Shown here one piece after another: positions 34,740 to 44,500 of a stretch of DNA of 64,000 bases. Position 1 is the stretch's first letter; every line of letters starts with the position of its first letter. Origin of the DNA: Candidatus Woesearchaeota archaeon (GTDB lineage Archaea > Nanobdellota > Nanobdellia > Woesearchaeales > UBA583); the NCBI GenBank assembly GCA_027858315.1, contig JAQICV010000092.1:334-64333 (forward strand), given 5' to 3'. A program made the translations under genes and the position numbers. The notes beneath the pieces were generated by a model that did no database searches, was not told where the DNA came from, and saw only the letters and a list, made by a program, of their open reading frames with translations.

Positions 34740-37700
34740 ATGGTAAACAAAAATGTACTGAGGACTTTGAATGTTTGGACGATGATTCTAGTGCTTAGTA
34801 TGTTTATTTTACCTTCGATTTATGGAATAAGTGCTGCGCCTTGGGCTGATGCTTCTGAACTTTATAGGCAAGAAATTAATATTACTGGAGCAAGTGTTTC
34901 AATTGATAATTTAACACATACTTTCGTTATAGATTCAAGTAATGTTGGTGCAAGTTTTGATTTTACAAATGATAGAGATTCAGTTAGATTTTATTATTTT
35001 AATTCAACCTCTAATGTTAGTTCTTTAATACCTCATTATGCTTCTACTTGGAGCGTTGTTGATTTGAATGCAACTTTAATGATTAAGGTTCCTTATTTGG
35101 ATGCAAGTTCTGATGCTAATTTATTTATGTATTATCATGATTCTACTAAGTCGAATTCGGAGAATTATTGTAGTGTATTTATTTATTGTGATGATTTTGC
35201 AGATGCTTCAATTGATTCTAGGTTGTCAACAGTTGATTTAGATACTGTTGCAGGAACTTCTTTTAGTGAGGGTTCAGGAGTCTTAACTGTTATTGCTGGT
35301 GGTTCAGATACTTGGACTGGGACAGATCATTATGGTTCTGTTTATTTGACAGGAGTGTCAGGGGATGTTGATGTAAGACTTGAAGTTACTTCACAAACAA
35401 ATCCTAATGTATGGGCTAAAGCTGGAATTATGTTAAAAAATGATATGACTGCTGCAGCATCTTCAACAGGATATTCTTTTAATGTTAGGACTCCTGGAAA
35501 TGGTTATTCATTTCAAAGAGATATGAATGATAATGGTTATTTGGATACGAATAATAATGGAGGTGCTCCTTCAGTTTCACCTTCTTATGTTAGATTAGTT
35601 AAAAGTGGAAATACACATACTGGTTATTATTCGAAAACTACACCTAATGCTTGGACTTTAATTACTAGTTCATCAATTACTTCAACAAATAATATTCAAG
35701 ATATAGGAATTTCACTTACTTCACATGCTGGTTCAACTTTATGTACAGCAACTTTTGATGATTTTACTGTTAGAAGATATTCAACAGACACTTTTTCAGA
35801 AATTTTTGGGAATGAGGATAAACTTACAAATTATTTGAGCTCAGTTGTTAATGATCCTTCTATTTTAGCAATTACTAATATGGTACAGAATAAAACTTTT
35901 GTTTTTAATAGCAGTGTTTCTTGTTTTGGGATTGATAATAATTCGGATTGTGGGAATGTTAGTGCAAATCTAAAGTATAATTCTTCGAGTGTCTTTAGTA
36001 GTGTTGCAACAAGTTCTTCAATTCCTGTTTGGTCTATTAGTTCTAATCCTCAAAGTTGTAATTTATTATATAATAGTTCTTGTACTTTTACTTGGACTGT
36101 TAATGCTACTGGTATAGTTGGTTCAATTCATAAGCTAAATGTTTTGTATTCAAGTAATGTTACTGATATATTGAATAAGACTTCTAAAAATGCATCAATT
36201 AAAATCATTAATGGTGATAGTGTGAATTTTAATCAGAGTTTCTATGATTTTTCATCATTTGATAAAAATAGTGGTGATAGAGAAATTACATTAGAAGTTA
36301 TTTCAGATAACGGTGATAATACAAATTTAGTGGTTTCTTGTGAGAGTGGAGATTGTTCTTTGATCTCAGATAATTGGTTAGATGGAATTAATTTGAATGA
36401 GGGTATTTCAAATAATATTGAGTTCACTTGTTCTGATTCGAGTTATGGTGATTATAGCGCAATTTTTAGTGTGACTTCTGATGAGTATGATGATAAATCT
36501 TTAATTAATGTTAGTTGTTTTGTTAATCCTATTTATGGTCCTATTAATGTTTATTTGACTAGTCCAACTCCATTAAGTACAAAGCTTGTTGGACAGAATA
36601 GAACATTTAGTTTTGATTCTTATTTTAATTGCACTGGACTTTGTGGCAATGTTAGTGCATATGCAGTTTATTCAAGTTCTAGTTGGTGGAATCCTGCTTG
36701 GTCATATAGACAGGAGTTGAATATTTCAATTTCGGATGCAATACCTTTAGGATATCAGATTTTATTGAATTTAACTTCGAGTACTATTGGAAGTAATTTT
36801 GATTGGTCGAATAATTGTAATGATGTAAGAATTTTGAATGGGAATACTGAATTAAATTATTGGATTGAGACTTGTAATTCAACAACTGAAAATTTATATG
36901 TTTGGATTGAGAGTGATTCTGCTTTTGCTTCTTCTTCAAATTATATTTTAGATTTGTATTATGGAAATTTTTGGGCGGTGTCAAATAGTAATGCTAGTTC
37001 AGTTTTTAGTTCTGATTTAATTCATTTAACTGCGGGTAGATGTCCTGCTTCTGATGGTGCTTGTAATTATTTGGATAATATTGTAGATGGTCAAACAATT
37101 AGAGCTAATATTGGGGCAATTAATTGGGATGTTGATGGAACTGGTTATGTTAGTACAATTAATAATCCTGATAATCCTTATTCGGGAATAGATGATAATT
37201 TTTATTTGAGATACAGAGCACTTTATATTCCTTCTGTAACTGGAACTTATTGGTTTGGAACTGCTTCCGATGATGGTTCTAATGCTGGATTGTGGAGTTA
37301 TGATGGTTATGGATATGGTTTGTCAACACCAACTTCTTTATCTAATCATGATATAGTAACTGATTGGTATGGTGCTCATGGAAGTGGAACTTGTGGAGCT
37401 ACAGCAGGAATTGAAAGGTCAAGGACTTTAAATGATGGTTTTGGTTATTGGATAGATTATGTTATGCAAGAAGTTAGTGGAGGTCAGGATTCTGAATTTT
37501 GTGTTGATTTGCCAGGAGGTGGAACTAATTATTTGAATTTTAATGATGTTAATTTTGGGGGTGATTTTTATGCAAGAACTTATGTTGAAAATGAACCATT
37601 ATTAGATGATGTTAGTTTAGAAGAGAGTCTGATTATTAGTACAGATTTATCAGAAACTCCTTTTTGGACAAGTTCATTTCAACCTCAAAGTTGTATCCCA

Positions 37701-38444
37701 ATTGAAGATGGAACTTGTCCTTTTTCATGGACAGTTAATGCTACAGGTGCTATAAATAGTTCTTGGAATATAAGTGTTTTTTATGTTTCTAATTTATCTA
37801 GTATCTTGCCTAATCAAACTCTATATACTACTATTAATATTACTGATAATATTGAACCAGTGATTACATTGTATAATCCATTAAATGTTACGAAAATATT
37901 AGGTAATGGGAGTGTAGAATTTTTATTTAAGGTTGATGATGATTCTAGTATTTTGAATTGTAGTTTTTATTTAGATGATGTTTTAAATCAATCTTTTAAT
38001 TGTAATAGTGGAACTAATTATTCACTTAATTTGTCTTTTTACCCAGGTAATTATGATTGGTATGTTAATGTAATTGATGAGATGTATAATTCAGTTAATT
38101 CTTCTAAGTATGAGTTTTGGATGATTTATAATCAGTCTGCTAGAGTATCAAAAAGTATTAGAAATATTAATACAAATATGTATTTTATAGAAGTAAATAT
38201 AAGTAATTCTCTTAGTGATTTTACTTCTCCAATTAGTGTAATGAATTATGTTGATTCAGATTTTTCTTCAGGTTCTTATAGTGTCATTTATGATTGGATT
38301 AATGTAACAATTGGATATTATGTAGGAGATATTTTAGGTTGGGATTTAATTGTCCCTCAATTAGTTTCTCGAGAAATTAATTACTCCGTTAGTGGGATTG
38401 ATGACTATTATTTGGGTAGAGAATTTATGGTTGGTTTAGATTAG
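34740..38444 (+). CDS. Giant secreted surface protein: DUF2341 + concanavalin-A-like (DUF1349/LamG_3-like) + DUF2341 + PA14-like modules
   Basis: Signal peptide FILPSIYGISAAPW. DUF2341-like pattern occurs twice (WSYRQELNIS...GYQILLNL...NFDWSNNCNDVRIL...LNYWIETCN...LYVWIE). GSDTWTGTDHYGSVYL...WAKAGIML...YVRLVKSGNTHTGYYS...ATFDDFTV is concanavalin-A-like. YLRYRALYIPSVTGTYWFGTASDDGSNAGLW is PA14-like. Confidence 0.8.
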   Translation: MVNKNVLRTLNVWTMILVLSMFILPSIYGISAAPWADASELYRQEINITGASVSIDNLTHTFVIDSSNVGASFDFTNDRDSVRFYYFNSTSNVSSLIPHYASTWSVVDLNATLMIKVPYLDASSDANLFMYYHDSTKSNSENYCSVFIYCDDFADASIDSRLSTVDLDTVAGTSFSEGSGVLTVIAGGSDTWTGTDHYGSVYLTGVSGDVDVRLEVTSQTNPNVWAKAGIMLKNDMTAAASSTGYSFNVRTPGNGYSFQRDMNDNGYLDTNNNGGAPSVSPSYVRLVKSGNTHTGYYSKTTPNAWTLITSSSITSTNNIQDIGISLTSHAGSTLCTATFDDFTVRRYSTDTFSEIFGNEDKLTNYLSSVVNDPSILAITNMVQNKTFVFNSSVSCFGIDNNSDCGNVSANLKYNSSSVFSSVATSSSIPVWSISSNPQSCNLLYNSSCTFTWTVNATGIVGSIHKLNVLYSSNVTDILNKTSKNASIKIINGDSVNFNQSFYDFSSFDKNSGDREITLEVISDNGDNTNLVVSCESGDCSLISDNWLDGINLNEGISNNIEFTCSDSSYGDYSAIFSVTSDEYDDKSLINVSCFVNPIYGPINVYLTSPTPLSTKLVGQNRTFSFDSYFNCTGLCGNVSAYAVYSSSSWWNPAWSYRQELNISISDAIPLGYQILLNLTSSTIGSNFDWSNNCNDVRILNGNTELNYWIETCNSTTENLYVWIESDSAFASSSNYILDLYYGNFWAVSNSNASSVFSSDLIHLTAGRCPASDGACNYLDNIVDGQTIRANIGAINWDVDGTGYVSTINNPDNPYSGIDDNFYLRYRALYIPSVTGTYWFGTASDDGSNAGLWSYDGYGYGLSTPTSLSNHDIVTDWYGAHGSGTCGATAGIERSRTLNDGFGYWIDYVMQEVSGGQDSEFCVDLPGGGTNYLNFNDVNFGGDFYARTYVENEPLLDDVSLEESLIISTDLSETPFWTSSFQPQSCIPIEDGTCPFSWTVNATGAINSSWNISVFYVSNLSSILPNQTLYTTINITDNIEPVITLYNPLNVTKILGNGSVEFLFKVDDDSSILNCSFYLDDVLNQSFNCNSGTNYSLNLSFYPGNYDWYVNVIDEMYNSVNSSKYEFWMIYNQSARVSKSIRNINTNMYFIEVNISNSLSDFTSPISVMNYVDSDFSSGSYSVIYDWINVTIGYYVGDILGWDLIVPQLVSREINYSVSGIDDYYLGREFMVGLD

Positions 38445-38490
38445 TCTCTATATATAATACCTGTGCGTATCTTTTATATAATAACATAAT

Positions 38491-38498
38491 TTTATAAA
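38491..38498 (+). promoter_or_regulatory. TATA box TTTATAAA upstream of the 2774-aa gene
   Basis: 33 nt upstream of the TTG start at 38524. Confidence 0.4.
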
Positions 38499-38523
38499 TG
38501 ATTTTTATAGCTTTTTATATAGC

Positions 38524-41500
38524 TTGTCAAAATTTAAGTTAGCCGGGGATTTTGGATTTTTAGTTTTTTTTATTTTATTCTTAGTTTCTTCTATGTTTGC
38601 TGTTACTTATTTGACTTCAGAAGATGTTTTTGATGCAAAAATTTCATATGTGAATGATCAGAAATTACCTTATTCTATTATTCTTCAGATTGATAATAAA
38701 GTTTATGATGAGATTGAATTTGATGTTGAGATTATTTTTAAGAAAGAGAATTTAGTTGTTGGTTCTAAGAGATTTGAGTGTTATGGAAGTTGTGAAGAGA
38801 AAATTAATTTGAATAAAATTTTCTTTGATGATTACTTAGTTGAGGTTGTTGCAGATTATAATGGTAGGAGATACAAGAAGGAATTAGAGTTTGTGTTGAA
38901 TGAACCTGAGGCATCTTTTAGCGTTAATCTGGATCCATACTATTATATTGATGAAGGAAAGTTGTTTGTTGATGGAATAATTTTTTCTTCGGTTCCTAAT
39001 ATTCATTATTATTTAGATATTTTTCCTAAGTTGTATCCGGAAGTTAAAGATAGTTTTGATTTTTTTTGTGAGGATTTAATGTGCGATTTTAATTTTAATT
39101 TAACTTCAGATATTTTTATTGGAGATTATTTGGTGAATGTTTATTCGGAGTTAGATTCTTCACAAGAATCTTTTTCCACTTTTTTAATGAATAAATCTGT
39201 TGATATGGAGAATAATAATCTTAATGATAGTAAGAATAATTTTGTTAGTGATGATGTTATTTATGTTGAAGAGAATCAAAAAGAGGTTGACATTTTTGGT
39301 TCTTTGGATTTGATTGATTCATCAAAGGTTGTTTTAGAGTATTATCCTACTCAACATAATGAGAAAAGGGTAAAACAGATGATTGAGTGTGATGATAAAT
39401 GTGATTTTGTTTTAAATATTAAAAAACCTATTATTTTTGGAGATTATCAATTGAATGTTTATTTGCCTAATGGTGTTTTCTCTGATTCTTTTAGAATTGA
39501 TCCTATACTGAATGGAGAGAATGGATCTTCAGATGATGTTTCTGGAGATAATTTGAATGAATATATTAATGATTACTTTGATGAAGAAGAGTTTTTATAT
39601 TTGGAATGTGAGGGTGAGGAGTGTGTTGATGATGTTAAAATTGATTATAATTATTTTTTAAATGATAATTTTGATATTGATATTAATTCTAATTTTGATG
39701 TTAATAATTTGGAATTTATAGATTTACCCGATAGTGTTAATTTGGGAGATGAATTTGATTTTTCAATTTTAGTTGAGGATGGTATTGATTATAATAAACT
39801 GAGATTTCCTAAGTCTATTCAGCTGAGAAAGTCAGATTTTATAGATAAGGGCTTGGAGATTTTAGCAACTAAATTTTCCGATACTAAAAATAGTTTAAAA
39901 TATACAGGAGTTGCAGATTCTGAAGATGGAGAGTTTAAGATTTATGATTCATATGGAAATTTGTATTCTCAGTTTGAATTGAAGGTTAATGTTTCTTCTG
40001 ATGTGAAGAGGTTTGAATCTAAAAATAAAATTGATATAGTATCAATTAAAAATTTGGATAATGGTAAAAAAGATTTAGAAGTTACTAAAAATAATGGTAG
40101 GGTTAATTTTAAAGATGTTAGTCTTGAAGATATTGAAGTAGTGGAAGTTATTGATGTTAAAAATTTAAATGAGAGAATTAATTTAGATATGGTTTCGGAT
40201 GTTGTTCATGTCGAGGCAGATAATTTTGAACAGGCTCAAATTTCTTTAGAGAAAGTTGAATTCGTGAAAAATATTTTAGTTTGTAATGAATTTATTAATG
40301 AACAATGTATCTCTGGTTGGGAAGATTCGAATTTGATTTTTAGTCAAAATAATTCTCATGTCGAATTTAATGTAACTCATTTTAGTGCATATGTTGCAGA
40401 GGGTTCTTCTTATTCTTTTAATGTTGATTTCCAAGATTATTCTGATGTTTTGATATCTCAAGGTGGTTCAGATGTTATTAGTTTGAATGTTAGTTGTATT
40501 AGTGGTGATTGTGGGTTAATTGATGTTGGTTTGTATATGACTACTGGTTTTACTGGTTATGATTTTTATGAGGTTACTGGAAATAAGTATAATGAATTTT
40601 CTTGTAGTCAGAATCCTACTTTAGGTATTGATGATGGGATTAATGTTTATAATTTAGGGTTTGAGTTTCCTTTTTATAGTCAAGTTATTGGTTCTGTTGA
40701 TTCAGTTTATTTTGATACTAATGGAAGATTGTCTTTTGATGATAGTGCTTCAGATTATAACCCTACTGTAGCAGAGATGATAGCGGATGAGAATATTGCA
40801 TTTTTGTGGGCAGATTTGGGAGATGGGACTTATAATAATGAATATGCTTGTTTGGATCAAGGTGTAAATAAGAAGTATTCAGTTTTTAGAGTTGATTCTC
40901 AGTGGTATAATGGAGCAGGGGTTGCTCAGTCTGAGGTTGTTTTGTATAATAATGGTAATGTGAAAATTAATCATGGGACTGTTATTCCTAGAAGTGGTGG
41001 GTTCTATGGACTTAGTGCAGGAGATAATTCTAATTATGATTATTTTGCAACTGATGCTTCTGATTATTCAGATAAATCATATATGTTTTATTATAATAAA
41101 GGTAGTTTAGTTTCTACAATTCCTGCTACTTCTCCTTTCTGGACTGGTGCTTCTCAGACTCAACAAGTGAATTTGGCGGCAGGTGAGTCTATTATTGTAT
41201 CTTTTGATTTGAATGCAGTTGGTGCTGTTAATTTATATGAACTTTATGGAGTTGCTATTTCGAATTCAGATAATTCTCTTCGTTCACAGAGTGATGATTT
41301 AAATGTTTTCATATCAGATAATAATCCTCCTATTCTTAATCTGATTACTCCTATTGATGGGTATGTTGGTTCTTCAATTGAAAATATTATTTCTTTTGAT
41401 GCAAGTTTTACTGATGATACGTCTTTACTTGAGTCTGAGATTTTTGTATGGGATAATTTAGGGAATTTAATTTATAATGTCTCTGATAGTTTATCTGGTG

Positions 41501-44500
41501 TTGCTGATTCTAGTAGTTGGAATTTGGAGTTTGTGATGAGTGGAGACTATTTATGGAATGTTTTAGTTACTGATATTGGAGGTTCTAAATCTTGGGCAGT
41601 GAGTAATAGGAGTCTTGAGATTAAAATTCCAACATTGAATGTTAAGGCTTATCCAGTTAATTATTATGAGGTTTTGTATAATAATGAGGTTGAATATGAA
41701 GTTGAGGTTACTTGTGAGGGGAATGATTGTGGAGATATTAATGTAGATTTATTAATGGCAGAGGAGTATAATTTGTTTGATGATTTTCAGGGAGGTTTTG
41801 GTAATTGGCAAAATGTTGTAGGAGATGATGCAGATTGGACTTGGGATAGGGCAGGAACTACAACTGGGACGACAGGTCCTAGTATTGACCATAGCTTGGG
41901 TACAGCTACAGGATATTATTTGTACACTGAGGCTTCAAACCCGAATAATCCTAATAAGGATTTTTATTTGGAGAGTTTAGATATTAATGCTGATGATTAT
42001 TTGAATATTAATTATTGGTATCATATGTATGGCTCTAATATGGGTAGTTTATTTTTAGATGTTTTCGATGGTAATTCTTGGATTAATTTAGCATCCTATG
42101 TTGGTAATTTGGGGGATGTATGGTTTGAGGATAATTTATTTGCAGATATTTCAGAGAATATTCAAAAAGTTAGATTTTATGGATTGACAGGTAATGGATT
42201 TAGGAGTGATATGGCTATAGATGATGTAAGTCTTACTTATTCTAAGTTTGGTTTAGTGTCAGTTGGTAGTGGAACTCCTTTTTTTTCAAGGAATCAAAAT
42301 ACTTATACTTTCTCAAATATGCTTAAGGATGAGACTCGAACTTTTATATTTAGACTTAATGCAACTGGTGCTATAAATGTTTCAAATAATTTTAAAGTTT
42401 TGGCGTATTCAAATACTAATTCTTTATTAAACTATTCTTCTAATAAAACGACAATTAAAATTATTAATGATACTTTAATTGATGGTAAAGATTTGTTTTA
42501 TAACTCTACATTTGATTTATCTTCAGAAGTTGAATTGGAAATTAAAAAGAATGGTGTGAGTTTGAAGAGATTTAAAGTTCCAAATGGTAATTTTAGAACA
42601 AATCAAACTAGTAAAAATGATTTAGTTTTTTGGCCAATGGGAACTAGTGTTAAAAATATAGTTGTACCTAATTCTTATATTAAAGATGTGAGTATTGGTT
42701 TTGAGGAGGTTTCAACTTCTAAAGTTAATTTGCCTTATTTTGTATCTGATGTATTTGCAATTGACCCTCATTTTGCACCTGATGTTTTAACTTATAATAT
42801 TACTTTTACTGCAACTGGACATCAAGTGTATAAGTGTTCTAATTATAATTTTACAGCTCAAAATTGTTTCGGTGGATATGTAAAAATTTTAGATACAATT
42901 CCTGGACAAGAGTATACTATTGAACTTACTCCAACAGATCCTATTATTGCACAAGTTTCTGATTATGTTTTGTCTCCTACAGGTGCATCTTGTCAAGAGA
43001 ATGGTAATGGTTGGGATTCTTTGAATTGTGATGATATTTCTTATACTGGTTCTAAATTATGCCCTTCTGGAGTGGGAGGTGAATTTGCTTTTTGTGATGA
43101 TACTTATATGGAGATTCATTCTATGAGTAGAGATTTAGATGGAGGTGTTCAGATGTATTTTGAGGATTTGACCCAGAGTAAATGTGAGGAAATTATTAAA
43201 GTAGAGTTACTTTACAAAGTATGGTTTGCAACAGATGATCTTACATATAAAGGTATTGAACAAATTTTAATAGATGCTGATGGAGATGGTTATTCTGTAG
43301 TTGGTGCAATTATTGATTTTTCTGAACCTGTAAGTAATAGAGTTCTTGATGTAACGAATGCTTTACCAGTTGGAGAATATTGGAATTGCTCAGATTTTTT
43401 TTCGGATACTTCAACAGCTAGTGCTGAAGCTTTTTATGGTGGTGCTGGTGCTAGAAATTCAGGAACATATGCTATTAATGTAGATACTTTAGTTTATAGG
43501 GTAACTTATAATTATTCTAAATCTGCTATAGAGACTTTATTTACTATTTATGAACAGTCAGAAATTGTAGATATATTAGGTTCTCAAGTTTGGGATTCTG
43601 GTGCTTATGCAAATGTTTCAATTATTGATAGTCTAGGTGCTATTACATACTTGCCTTTGGTTCTAGTTAATGCTTCTAATGAGTTTGATATTTCTTATAC
43701 TCTTGGTGATTATGCGCCAATAGGTATATATAATATTACTGCTTTTCAAGTTAACGATACTTCTATTAATGAAACTGCTAGTTTTGAAGTTATTAGGAGG
43801 ACTCCTATAGCGAATCCTGGTGATTTCTTTTTTGCACCTGGTGAGACTATAATCTTTACAGGATCTAAATGGCTAAAGTCTGGAGTTGTTAATGTTTCTC
43901 AAATTTATCCTGGTGGTTTACTTAGTCCTACTTATTCAGGTTTTGTTAATACAGATTCTTCAGGAAATTTTATTTATAATCATGTTCAACCTGATGATTT
44001 GATATCTGATACTGGAGAGTATATTTTTAATTTTAGTGAGAATTTAAATGCTTCTTATTTTGATGAAGTTGGAGTTAATCTAATTTTTAGACCTAATAGT
44101 GCTTCAAATCTTAGTGAGATTAATAAGAGTGATGGTCAGGTATTTAATGTTGGTGGTTCGGGAGCAACTGAAACATTGACTTTTGGTTTCCCTCCAGTAT
44201 TGCCTTCAAGTGGAGCAATATTAGATAGTTATGAAGTTTTATTAGAATATGCTACTGGAGGTACTACAACTAGAAATGTTGAATGGTTAAATGACACTAG
44301 TGGTTTGTATCAAGTTGCATGTACTGTGCCTGAAGGTTCTTTAACATATTCTTGTGATTTGACAAATTATGTTAAATTTAATAATGATTTTAATTCTGTT
44401 AATGTTAGATTGATTGAATATGGTGGCCCAGCTGAAGATTGGTATGTGAATTTTGTTTATGTTATGAGAAACTTTACTATTAATCCTCCTTTTGTTGAGA

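Noticed and set aside
38505-38523. TATAGCT-N5-TATAGCT direct repeat immediately before the TTG start of the 2774-aa gene, considered as a regulatory site
   Set aside because: It is a short (7-nt) AT-rich repeat with no second occurrence at the paralogous promoters, so it cannot be told apart from chance.
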